From assembly GCA_026129255.1 (NCBI GenBank), contig JAHCIJ010000002.1, positions 785,087 through 849,086 of the forward strand: a DNA stretch of 64,000 nt, written 5' to 3'. Origin of the DNA: Anaerolineales bacterium (GTDB taxonomy: Bacteria; Chloroflexota; Anaerolineae; Anaerolineales; UBA11579). Shown piece after piece: positions 39,146-50,399 of this stretch; within the stretch, counting starts at the first letter, position 1, and each line of letters begins with the position of its first letter. The translations under genes and the position numbers were made by a program. The notes under the pieces are model-generated. The model had not been told where the DNA came from, searched no databases, and was given only the letters and a program-made list of their open reading frames with translations.

Positions 39146-40823
39146 GTACTTGCTCCTGATACGTACGCACCAACTCGCGGCGCAAAAGCTTGCCCACGTT
39201 GGTGCGCGGTAGCTTGTCAATGAAAGTAAAACCCCGCGGAACCTTGTAAGGTGCGAGGTGCTGCTTGCACCAGGCACGCAGTTCCTCAGCGGTGACAGCC
39301 TGCCCGTCGTGGAGCACCAGCCAAGCCATGATGGCTTCACCGCTGTCGGCGTCCGGCACGCCAGCCGCGCCCACCTCGCGCACGGCGGGGTGCTGCTGCA
39401 GCACCTCTTCCACCTCGCGCGGCCAGACCTGGTAGCCGCTCACCTTCACCAGCTCCTTCTTGCGGTCAATGATGTAAAAGTAGCCGTCGGCATCCATGCT
39501 CGCAATGTCGCCGGTGTACAGCCAGCCTTCTTTGAGCACATCCATCGTCTCGGTAGGCAGGTTGTGATAGCCGCGCATCACCTGCGGGCCTTTGATAACC
39601 AGCTCGCCGATCTCGCCCTGCTTCAGCACCGTCACGCCGTCCTGCAGGCTGACGATGCGGCAATCCACGCCCGGCAGCGGCATGCCGATCGAGCCGGTCT
39701 TGTTGAGCCCGGTGAGCGGGTTGCAATGCGTAGCCACGGGCGTCTCGGAGAGGCCGTAGCCTTCCAGTAGGTGGCCGCCGGTAAGCGCTTCGAAGCGTTC
39801 CTTAGTCTCACGCAGCAGCGGCGCCGAACCAGAGATGCAAAAACGGATCGAGCTGAGGTTGTATTTGCCAGCCTTCACATCCGGGTGATTGTTAATGGCG
39901 TTGTACATGGCCGGTACGCCGGGGAAGGTGGTGGCTTTGTATTTTTGGATATTCGCCAGCACATCGCCCACATTGCGCGGGTCAGGGATCATCACCAGCG
40001 AACCGCCCTTCCACATGCCGTACAGCATGCCCACCACCATGCCGTAGGCGTGGTACATGGGGATGGCCAGCAGCACTATCTCGTTGCCTTGCTCACCTTC
40101 GTGGTTCCAAGCGTCGATCTGGGCGGTGTTGGCCACCAGGCCGCGATGTACGGCCACCACGCCCTTGGAGCGGCCCGTGGTGCCGCCGCTGTACTGGAGC
40201 AGGGCGGTATCGTCTGGCTCTACGGTCACCTGCGGCCGCTGGCTGGGCGCATGGGCGGCGATGAGGTCGCCCATCCACACATCATTGTCGCGCAGCTCGG
40301 CGCGGAAGCCCGCCTTCTTCTCTTTGAGCAGGCCGAAGAGCAGCTTCTTGACTGGCGGCAGGTATTCCTTGATGTTGGTGGCAATTACCTGGCGGATGCG
40401 GGTACGCGGCTGGACTTCTTTGACCTTCTCGTAATTGTTGGTCATCACCACCATCAGCTCGACGCCAGCATCGTTGACCTGATATTCGAGCTCACGCGGG
40501 GTGTATAGCGGGTCAGTGGCGACGACGACCGCGCCGAGCTTGAGGATGGCGAAGTAGGCGATGACGAATTGCGGCGTGTTAGGGATGAACAGGCCGATGC
40601 GTTGGCCCTTGCGCACACCTAGCGTGGCTAGGCCAGCGGCCATTCGGTCGCTCAGTTCGTCCACTTCTTTGTAGGAGAGGGTGGCACCTTGGAAGATGGT
40701 GCAGGCCTTGTCTGGATACTCGCGCACGGCGCGCTGCAACACATCCACAACGGTGAGGGCAGGGAAGTCCAGTGTGGGCGGGACGGCGGAGTCGTAGTGG
40801 GTGAGCCAGGGTTTGGTATTCAT
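39120..40823 (-). CDS. fadD: Long-chain-fatty-acid--CoA ligase (AMP-dependent synthetase)
   Basis: YSGGTTGRSKGV (AMP-binding P-loop), GYGLSE, YTGDI, and KVSGYQVWPREVE. Confidence 0.9.
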   Translation of the reverse strand: MNTKPWLTHYDSAVPPTLDFPALTVVDVLQRAVREYPDKACTIFQGATLSYKEVDELSDRMAAGLATLGVRKGQRIGLFIPNTPQFVIAYFAILKLGAVVVATDPLYTPRELEYQVNDAGVELMVVMTNNYEKVKEVQPRTRIRQVIATNIKEYLPPVKKLLFGLLKEKKAGFRAELRDNDVWMGDLIAAHAPSQRPQVTVEPDDTALLQYSGGTTGRSKGVVAVHRGLVANTAQIDAWNHEGEQGNEIVLLAIPMYHAYGMVVGMLYGMWKGGSLVMIPDPRNVGDVLANIQKYKATTFPGVPAMYNAINNHPDVKAGKYNLSSIRFCISGSAPLLRETKERFEALTGGHLLEGYGLSETPVATHCNPLTGLNKTGSIGMPLPGVDCRIVSLQDGVTVLKQGEIGELVIKGPQVMRGYHNLPTETMDVLKEGWLYTGDIASMDADGYFYIIDRKKELVKVSGYQVWPREVEEVLQQHPAVREVGAAGVPDADSGEAIMAWLVLHDGQAVTAEELRAWCKQHLAPYKVPRGFTFIDKLPRTNVGKLLRRELVRTYQEQVHGHNRGVL

Positions 40824-40830
40824 GTGATAT

Positions 40831-41787
40831 CTAGACTTTCTGTGGTTCGAGAAAATTACGGATGGCTGTATCCAGCGCCTCGTCCACGCCAGCAGCGCTG
40901 AGGTCTACCCAGTGAATGTTCGGGTCGGCAGGTTTAAACCAGGCGTACTGGCGGCGCACAAAGCTGCGCGTCAGACGTTTGATCTCTGCCACGGCTTCTT
41001 CCAGGCTGAGCTCGCCGCGCAAATGTTGAGCCAACTGCGCATAGCCAATAGCGCTCAAGCTGGGCAGGGTAGACGAGTAGCCCGCAGCCAGCAGGCTGCG
41101 GACTTCGTCAAGCCAACCAGCTGCCAGCATGGCGTCGATGCGGGCATCGATGCGCGCATACAGCTCGGGGCGCGGGCGGGTAAGCCCCAGGCGCAGCACG
41201 CGGTAGGGCGCAGGCGCCTGGCCGCGCTGGGTGCTGAAGCGGCGACCGGTGGCGAGGATGACTTCGAGGGCGCGTAGCGTGCGGCGCACATTGCGGGCGT
41301 CAATGTTGGCCGCCGCAGCCGGGTCGAGCACCGCTAGGCGGGTATGCAGCGCATCGCCACCGATCTGCTCGGCCCAGCCTGCCAGTGCAGCGCGTAGCAC
41401 CGGTTGCGGCGGCAGAGCCGGCGGCAGCCAGCCATCCAGGACGGCTTGCAAGTACTGGCCGGTGCCGCCCACCAGAAGCGGCAATTTGCCGCGCGCATGG
41501 ATACTGGCGATGGCCGCAGCGGCCTGCTGTTGGAACACGGCCAGGCTCAGCGTCTCGTCTGGGTTGGCAATATCGATCAAATGATGTGGCACACGCGCGA
41601 GTTCGGCGGCCGAGGGTTTGGCCGTGCCGATGTCCATGCCGCGGTACAGCAGGCGCGAGTCGGCGGAGACGATCTCGCCGTTCCAGCGCTCGGCGATGGC
41701 GATGGCCGCCTCGGTCTTGCCCACCGCAGTGGGGCCGAGGATGGCGATGAGCGGTGGCTTGGCCCTGGGTCTATCCGCGGACTGCAT
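40831..41787 (-). CDS. miaA: tRNA dimethylallyltransferase MiaA
   Basis: ILGPTAVGKT P-loop and SADSRLLYRGMDIGTAKP. The start could be 41787 or 41847. Confidence 0.9.
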   Translation of the reverse strand: MQSADRPRAKPPLIAILGPTAVGKTEAAIAIAERWNGEIVSADSRLLYRGMDIGTAKPSAAELARVPHHLIDIANPDETLSLAVFQQQAAAAIASIHARGKLPLLVGGTGQYLQAVLDGWLPPALPPQPVLRAALAGWAEQIGGDALHTRLAVLDPAAAANIDARNVRRTLRALEVILATGRRFSTQRGQAPAPYRVLRLGLTRPRPELYARIDARIDAMLAAGWLDEVRSLLAAGYSSTLPSLSAIGYAQLAQHLRGELSLEEAVAEIKRLTRSFVRRQYAWFKPADPNIHWVDLSAAGVDEALDTAIRNFLEPQKV

Positions 41788-42133
41788 TTTCGAAGTGGGT
41801 GATCTCGGTTTCGCCGCCGGGCTGGCGGTAGACGGCGATGACATCAATGCGCCATTCGGTCTCAGCAGGCTGGGTCTGCATGTAGGCCTCGGCGGCGGCG
41901 ATCAGGTGGGCTTGTTTGCTGAGCGTGACCGACCCTTCGGGCGGCCCAAACTGAGTACTGCGCCGGGTTTTGACTTCTACAAAGACCAAGCGGCCGTCTT
42001 TGCTCATCAGCAGATCAATTTCGCCGTGCGGGGTGCGCAGGTTGTGCACCAGCAGCGTGTAGCCACGCGCTTGCAAATACTGCGCGGCGGCTTGCTCTCC
42101 CCAGCGGCCGAGCTGCTGCCGTGGCGTGGGCAT
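41771..42133 (-). CDS. yraN: YraN-family (UPF0102) endonuclease-like protein
   Basis: GRWGEQAAAQYL...GEIDLLM...LVFVEVKTR (PD-(D/E)xK-type motif). The start is trimmed to ATG 42133. Confidence 0.8.
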   Translation of the reverse strand: MPTPRQQLGRWGEQAAAQYLQARGYTLLVHNLRTPHGEIDLLMSKDGRLVFVEVKTRRSTQFGPPEGSVTLSKQAHLIAAAEAYMQTQPAETEWRIDVIAVYRQPGGETEITHFENAVRG

Positions 42134-42134
42134 A

Positions 42135-42812
42135 CTACGCCAGGTATTGGCGCAGCCAGCTGAGCGTGCGCTGCCAGGCGTCTGCCGACGCTTCGGGGTG
42201 ATAGACCTCGGGGCGGTCATTGTTGAAGAAGGCGTGCTCAGCCCCGGCGTAGGTGTGGATGTGGTGCGGCGTACCGGCTTTCTCTAGCTCATTGTCGAAG
42301 GCTTGCACCAGGCTTTGTGGGATGCCGGTATCCAGCTCGCCGTAGATGCCGAGGGTAGGCGTGTGCAGTTTGGCCGCGTCGCCGGCTTCCAGCGGGCGGC
42401 CGTAGAAGCACACGGCCGCGTCGAAGGCGTTGCTGTTGGCCGCGGCAGACAGCGCCAGCGCGCCGCCCATGCACCAGCCCATCACGCCGACCTTCTTAGG
42501 TTGCACGGTATCCAACCCGCGCAGATGCTCGGCAGCCGCAGTGATCTCGGCGATGGCGCGTTGGCGGTCGAGCGCCATGGCCAGCTTCTTGGCTTCGTTA
42601 GGCTCACTAGCCGATTGGCCGTGATACAGGTCAGGTGCGAGCACCACAAAGCCTTCGGCCGCCAGGCGGTCGGCCACGTCTTTGATGTGGCCGACGAGGC
42701 CCCACCATTCCTGGATGGCGATCACGGCCGGGCCGTGGCCGCCGGGCGGCAGGCTGAGGTAGCCGGGGACGCTGCCACCCTGGATAGCAAACGTGATCAT
42801 TTCACCGTTCAT
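42135..42812 (-). CDS. Dienelactone hydrolase family protein
   Basis: VIAIQEWWGL, GVMGWCMGG (nucleophile elbow with Cys), and a C-terminal GAEHAF. Confidence 0.85.
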   Translation of the reverse strand: MNGEMITFAIQGGSVPGYLSLPPGGHGPAVIAIQEWWGLVGHIKDVADRLAAEGFVVLAPDLYHGQSASEPNEAKKLAMALDRQRAIAEITAAAEHLRGLDTVQPKKVGVMGWCMGGALALSAAANSNAFDAAVCFYGRPLEAGDAAKLHTPTLGIYGELDTGIPQSLVQAFDNELEKAGTPHHIHTYAGAEHAFFNNDRPEVYHPEASADAWQRTLSWLRQYLA

Positions 42813-42833
42813 GCGGTCAGTATAACCGCGGCG

Positions 42834-43616
42834 CTAGACGGCCGCGGTTCTTTTGAAAACGAACTGGTTGCAACCGGTGGGCACTATGGCTGGGAAAGAA
42901 TCGATCAGGCTGAAGCCCATTTCGGTCAACCGCTCAATGATCTCAGTCTGGCTGGCATGCTCGTAAGGGTAGCCGCCGACCCAATCGACCACGTCATGAT
43001 AGAAGTCCATGCCGCGCTCTTTTTTGCGCGGGTCTTGGCGCGTCACCAGCCACTTGGCGGCGAATATTACCCAGTAATTGATAGCAACGATCAGTTTGCG
43101 AATGAAGCCGGGGGAAATGTTATACAGCCATTTGACCAGCCACCACAGCGGCGAGCTCCAATGGCTGTTGTAGATCGCCAGCACGAAGTGGCCGCCGGGT
43201 TTCACCAGGCTGGCGGCGTTTTGCAGGGCCAGGGTCATATTGCCGGTGTGGTGCAGCACGCCCCAGGAGTGCACGATGTCGAAGCCGCGGCCTGGGTCTA
43301 ACTCGGCCACCAGCTGTGGATCGAGGATCGAGCCAATCGAGAGCTCGGGCGGGCGCGCCAACGTGAACTGCGCTTGCGTGAGCGCGGCCGCGGCCAGGTT
43401 GTCGGGATCGATGTCGATGCCACGCGTCTGCGCGCCGGCTTCTGCGGCTAAGCAAATCGAAAGCCCCTGGCCAAAGCCAATATCCAGAAAGGAAGCATTG
43501 TTGAGGTCCAGCGAGCGGGTAAGTATTGCGAAGTCTTCTCGAGCTGCTGCAATGCGTTGTGGAGTGAGCGCGCTGCGGCTGTACGATTGCCAATTTTTTC
43601 CAAAGTTGAAACGCAT
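42834..43616 (-). CDS. Class I SAM-dependent methyltransferase
   Basis: FLDIGFGQG (motif I), GIDID, FDIVHSWGVLHH. Confidence 0.8.
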   Translation of the reverse strand: MRFNFGKNWQSYSRSALTPQRIAAAREDFAILTRSLDLNNASFLDIGFGQGLSICLAAEAGAQTRGIDIDPDNLAAAALTQAQFTLARPPELSIGSILDPQLVAELDPGRGFDIVHSWGVLHHTGNMTLALQNAASLVKPGGHFVLAIYNSHWSSPLWWLVKWLYNISPGFIRKLIVAINYWVIFAAKWLVTRQDPRKKERGMDFYHDVVDWVGGYPYEHASQTEIIERLTEMGFSLIDSFPAIVPTGCNQFVFKRTAAV

Positions 43617-43656
43617 GACCCGAAAGTATACCGTTGTAGGCGAGTAAAATCAGTGC

Positions 43657-44463
43657 ATGTGGTCGGCACTTTTACCCAACCGCGAGCGCTTGAGCGCTGT
43701 GATGGCCGTTATCCTGCTGGCGTATGTGGCTGTGCGCTTTGTGCAGGTGCCACCCATCGTGCTCAACCTAAATCTGCTGGGCGTCTTGCTGCCGATCCAG
43801 CTGGGGCTTAATACGTTGCTGGCCATCCTGGTGGCCGGGCTGACGGCCGCCGGGGCCGATTGGCTGCTACGTGATCACCCAGCGCTGGGTGAGCGCACCA
43901 CTTACAGCCATTGGCTGCTGCCCGCCATGACGGCCTGGGTGCTGGCTCTAGTGCTGAGCAATTTGCCCTTCAGTGGTATCTGGTGGGTGGCCTTTTTGGT
44001 GTGCGCTGTGTTGCTGCTGGCCATCTTGCTGGCGGAGTACAACAGCGTGCTGGAAGAAGGGCGGTTGCACGGCGTTGTCAGTACGGTGCTGAGCACGCTC
44101 TCGCTGATCCTGTTTTTGATGTTGGCGATCAGTGTACGCGGTCTGGGACTGCGCCTGTTCCTGTCTCTCCCGGCTGTGGGCCTGGGTGCCTTCCTGGCGG
44201 GCACGCGGCTGAACCTGTTGCGCAGCGTGGAGAACTGGCATTCGCTGCAGCTGGTAGGTATGACCTTCCTGGTGGTGCAGTTGGCGGCGGTGTTGCACTA
44301 CCTGCCGCTGTCGGCGCTGGGCTACGGGCTGCTGCTGCTGGGGGCGCTGTTCGCGGTGAACAATTACATGGCCAATCTGAATGGCGGCCAGGCGCCGCGC
44401 CAGGCCGCACAAGAGCCCGCCATTGCGCTTGGCGTGTTCCTGCTGCTGGCTGTGTTGGTGTAA
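43657..44463 (+). CDS. Polytopic membrane protein, unknown function
   Basis: 268 aa with about 8 TM segments. Its stop overlaps the start of the JAMM gene (TAATG). Confidence 0.6.
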   Translation: MWSALLPNRERLSAVMAVILLAYVAVRFVQVPPIVLNLNLLGVLLPIQLGLNTLLAILVAGLTAAGADWLLRDHPALGERTTYSHWLLPAMTAWVLALVLSNLPFSGIWWVAFLVCAVLLLAILLAEYNSVLEEGRLHGVVSTVLSTLSLILFLMLAISVRGLGLRLFLSLPAVGLGAFLAGTRLNLLRSVENWHSLQLVGMTFLVVQLAAVLHYLPLSALGYGLLLLGALFAVNNYMANLNGGQAPRQAAQEPAIALGVFLLLAVLV

Positions 44464-44888
44464 TGCAGGCTGAGCCACGCCGTCTGCGCATCACTCCCGC
44501 CCACTGGGCGCAGATGGCCGCCCACGCCGCGGCCGAGAGCCCCAATGAAGCCTGCGGGCTGCTGGCCGGCGCCGAAGGCGCCAGCGTGCAAATATTCCCC
44601 ATTACCAATGAATTGAAAAGCCCCACGCACTACAGCATGGCGCCGGGGGAGCAGCTGCAAGCCTTCATGCAGATGGAGCAGCGCGGCTTGCAGTTGCTGG
44701 CGATCTACCACTCGCACCCAGCTGGCCCGCCGACCCCTTCGCGTACGGACCTGGCCGAGGCACGCTACCCCGGGGTGGTGCACCTGATCTGGGCGCCCAG
44801 CGAAGCTGGCTGGGGCTGCCGGGGTTTTTTGTTGGATGGAGGGATCAAAGAGATTGAAGTGGAGCTTGACGACAAAGCCGTCAGCTAG
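44463..44888 (+). CDS. JAMM/MPN+ metalloprotease-like protein
   Basis: E..CG early (NEACGLL) and HSHPAGPPTPSRTD (the HxHx7Sx2D JAMM motif). Only the C-terminal 141 aa of track ORF 43911-44888 is credible. Confidence 0.8.
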   Translation: MQAEPRRLRITPAHWAQMAAHAAAESPNEACGLLAGAEGASVQIFPITNELKSPTHYSMAPGEQLQAFMQMEQRGLQLLAIYHSHPAGPPTPSRTDLAEARYPGVVHLIWAPSEAGWGCRGFLLDGGIKEIEVELDDKAVS

Positions 44889-44985
44889 TTGCTTGGTCGA
44901 CTCGTTAGCCTGCAAGCATTCCGAGATGGACTAGCAGACCAAAGGACTAAGCTGACGATTTGTCGTTCAATTCGTACAAAAGTTG

Positions 44986-45891
44986 TTATCGCTCCATCAC
45001 CATTTCAGAACCCTCAGGCAGCTTGCCATACAGCTGGCGGAACAGCGCCACCAGGTTGCGCTGGTGCAGTTGCTCGGCCATGCCGGTGATGAGCACGCGG
45101 CTCTTGCCGCAGTCTTCCACGTGCACCGTTTCCAGCAAGTCTAGCGGGTAGCGGCGGCGCGAAGCGCTGCGCACGGCCTTGGTGATGGCGGCCAGGTAGT
45201 CGAGGTTGCCTTTGACGGCGGCATCGATCTCGCCACGCAGCACGATCTCGCCGTGGCCAGGCACCAGGTTCTCCAGCCCCATCTTGGGCAGCTTCTTGAG
45301 CGAGGCGGTGGTATCTGCAATGTCACCATCGGCCAGGATGGGCAGCGGCATGAAGGTGTCGCCGCAGAACAGGATGCGGTCCTCCTCCACCAGCACGGCG
45401 ATGGAGTCGGCGCTGTGGCCAGGGAAGGGGAAGATGCTCAGATTCTTTTTGCCCACCTGCAGATCTAGCTGGCCCTCGTCAAAGGTGATGCTAGGCAGTG
45501 CGATCTCAACCTCGCGCAGGCTGGTGTTGTCTTTCTGTTCTGCCGACAGGGCGGCGCGGCCGCGAGTGTCCAGGTACTCGTGGCACAGGCGGTGGCCGAT
45601 GATCTTTGCCTCGGGAAACAGGCAGTTGCCCCAGCTGTGGTCAGCGTGGTAGTGAGTGTTGATAATGTAGCGCACCGGCACGCGCAGCTCCCGCTCGATG
45701 AAGCGGCGCAGCTGTTTGGTTTCCTCCGGCAGGGCCAGGGTATCGATGAGCACGGCCATGTCTGGCCCGGTGATGACGCCCGCAGTTACCTGCGCGTAGA
45801 GTTCACTTTGAAAGAAGTAGACGTTTTCTGCGATGCGTTCGTGTTGCACTGCCCTTGCCTCCGGTTTGTGATAACTGGTGCAAGATAGCAC
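44986..45891 (-). CDS. MBL-fold metallo-hydrolase
   Basis: NTHYHADHSWGN (the HxHxDH motif), plus downstream GHS and PGHG. Confidence 0.85.
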   Translation of the reverse strand: MLSCTSYHKPEARAVQHERIAENVYFFQSELYAQVTAGVITGPDMAVLIDTLALPEETKQLRRFIERELRVPVRYIINTHYHADHSWGNCLFPEAKIIGHRLCHEYLDTRGRAALSAEQKDNTSLREVEIALPSITFDEGQLDLQVGKKNLSIFPFPGHSADSIAVLVEEDRILFCGDTFMPLPILADGDIADTTASLKKLPKMGLENLVPGHGEIVLRGEIDAAVKGNLDYLAAITKAVRSASRRRYPLDLLETVHVEDCGKSRVLITGMAEQLHQRNLVALFRQLYGKLPEGSEMVMER

Positions 45892-45925
45892 ACGGGCAGA
45901 GGCAAGTCAAGGAAAGTGACAGATT

Positions 45926-46495
45926 TCACGAATAATGCGCCTTAGCTAACTCACAGCAATGCTTGCGCCTTAGATTGAGCTCCGCTCTAATAGGGTTGGT
46001 CGCTTCCAGATTGAGCCCCGGCCTTGAGAGCTTGATGACTGCGGCTTCAAGATCCTTGAGAAAGAGGTATTGGGGTGGAGCTACCCAAAAAGTGACTTGT
46101 AGATTTTTCTTCATCCAATAGGTTAGTCGTTCCTCCCCCTCATCCGCAAATTTGTAGCTCTCAAAGCGCCTTTGTGTTTTTTCTGTTGTGCTGCGCGGAA
46201 GCGGTGTCAGCGCCAATTCTTCCAGCAATAGAGCCCCTAGCGTTCTTCTCAACGTGGAGCTTCCTGTCCTTTTACTGTTTAGATGTTTGCCCATTACTCT
46301 GTCATGCAGGTTTTTCTGACTTTTGCCAAGGTACAGAAACGAGCTTTCTCCGAGGCTTGAGAACTGCGAGTTGCTGAATGGGTTGCCAACCAGGCCAAAA
46401 GCATACAGCCCTGGCTGCTTAGGTAAGGAGCTTTTGGTTTTAACTACCGTCATATTTTGCGAAAGAGTGGCAAGCACTTGAATTGGATCCGTCAT
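45926..46495 (-). CDS. GIY-YIG-like nuclease-family protein (tentative), in a lower-GC insertion
   Basis: 189 aa with PGLYAF...FLYLGKSQKNLHDRV.GKH...GSSTLRRTLGALL, resembling GIY...YIG...R...H/E spacing. AT-richer than both neighbours. Confidence 0.45.
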   Translation of the reverse strand: MTDPIQVLATLSQNMTVVKTKSSLPKQPGLYAFGLVGNPFSNSQFSSLGESSFLYLGKSQKNLHDRVMGKHLNSKRTGSSTLRRTLGALLLEELALTPLPRSTTEKTQRRFESYKFADEGEERLTYWMKKNLQVTFWVAPPQYLFLKDLEAAVIKLSRPGLNLEATNPIRAELNLRRKHCCELAKAHYS

Positions 46496-46544
46496 GTGGC
46501 TCCCTAAGAAATTTAGTATAATTGGCTAGTAATTGAATATCCTT

Positions 46545-46794
46545 GCCGGGAAGAGTACGCGGCCACTGCTGACAGGAACAAAGGCGCATTGCTGAGAGCC
46601 TTTGCAGCATCACCCGCAGAACGTCGCCCGGCGACAGGATGCTGAAGAACGAGCCTGCCCTGGTAGGCTCCACTAGACCAGCACGGGTCAGCCCGATACA
46701 GCGAATGAGCGTTATGCTGGCACGAGCGAGCATAGAAGCGAGGTGGTACCGCGGAGCCCTTCCGTCCTCACAGTTGTGAGGGCGTTTTGTTTTT
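46545..46794 (+). promoter_or_regulatory. T-box leader (tRNA-sensing riboswitch) controlling valS
   Basis: Canonical T-box sequence AGGTGGTACCGCGG at 46741-46754. It overlaps a terminator, CCTCACA-GT-TGTGAGG + GCGTTTTGTTTTT (46764-46794). The upstream stem I-like region has a TGAGAG bulge. A GTC (Val) triplet at 46623-46625 is a possible specifier. The 5' boundary is approximate. Confidence 0.75.
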
Positions 46795-46800
46795 AAATCA

Positions 46801-46901
46801 AGTGAGCAGTGAGGAGTAAGCAGTGAGCAGGAGAACCGAGGCTAGATGCAATGCATTTGTGATTTTCGAGCCTAATCACTAATCACTGTTCACTGCTCAC
46901 T
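46801..46901. repeat. Inverted heptamer arrays between the T-box terminator and the valS start
   Basis: Left: GTGAGCA GTGAGGA GTAAGCA GTGAGCA. Right: TAATCAC TAATCAC TGTTCAC TGCTCAC (the reverse complement of GTGAGCA GTGAACA GTGATTA GTGATTA). Confidence 0.85.
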
Positions 46902-46915
46902 ATATTTGGAGACCT

Positions 46916-49654
<2,739 letters not shown>

Positions 49655-49662
49655 CGAATCCA

Positions 49663-49706
49663 AGAGGCGGCCTGTGCTTTTGCACAGGCCGCCTCTTTTT
49701 TTTTTG
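49663..49706 (+). terminator. valS terminator
   Basis: AGAGGCGGCCTGTGC-TTTT-GCACAGGCCGCCTCT followed by T10. Confidence 0.9.
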
Positions 49707-49712
49707 TTCGAG

Positions 49713-50320
49713 TTGGGGATTGCTTCGCTGCGCTCGCAATGACGGATTGTAGTGGGATTGCTTCACTCCGCTCGCAATAGCGGACTGGACTGGACAATCC
49801 CGTCATTCCGAACGAGCGGCGTAGCCGCGAGGAGGAATCCTTTAGAGCATTACAACAGGCGTACTTTTGCTATGGCCTAAAAAGGATTCCTCGCTGCGCT
49901 CGGAATGACAGACCCTTTTACACCACTAGCCGTCTTTGCGAGGAGTGCTGCACGTAGTGCAGCCGACGAAGCAATCCCCATGCCAGTTTCGCACGTCCAC
50001 TTGGGGATTGCTTCGCTACGCTCGCAATGACGGACTGTAGTGGGATTGCTTCACTCCGCTCGCAATAGCGGACTGGACTGGACAATCCCGTCATTCCGAA
50101 CGAGCGGCGTAGCCGCGAGGAGGAATCCTTTAGGGCATTACAACAGGCGTACTTTTGCTATGGCCTAAAAAGGATTCCTCGCTGCGCTCGGAATGACAGA
50201 CCCCTTTACACCACTAGCCGTCTTTGCGAGGAGCGCTGCACGCAGTGCAGCCGACGAAGCAATCTCCAGGCCGTTTCGCAAGTTCGAGCTGGGGATTGCT
50301 TCGCTGCGCTCGGAATGACA
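49713..50320. repeat. 288-bp tandem duplication (about 2.1 copies) composed of hairpin-element modules
   Basis: Unit starts at 49713, 50001 and 50289 (TTGGGGATTGCTTCGCT...). Copies 1 and 2 are near-identical by eye, with a handful of substitutions. Confidence 0.9.
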
Positions 50321-50399
50321 TTTTGTCTATGTAGGGGCGTAGCATGCTACGCCCGACTCGTAGTCATGCCGTCCAGCTGCGCTTGCGTGAAGAGCATGC

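Noticed and set aside
38468-39340. 290-aa version of the HAD hydrolase ORF and a 26-nt overlap with fadD
   Set aside because: The N-terminal 65 aa are encoded within fadD in another frame. HAD motif I (FFDVDGT) follows directly after Met at 39145.
43911-44462. N-terminal 184 aa of track ORF 43911-44888
   Set aside because: It overlaps the membrane-protein gene in another frame and is Ala/Gly/Arg-rich. The recognisable JAMM domain starts at ATG 44463, which is coupled to the upstream stop.
46440-46733. 97-aa minus-strand ORF between the GIY-YIG-like gene and valS
   Set aside because: It lies over the T-box leader and has no RBS or recognisable motifs.
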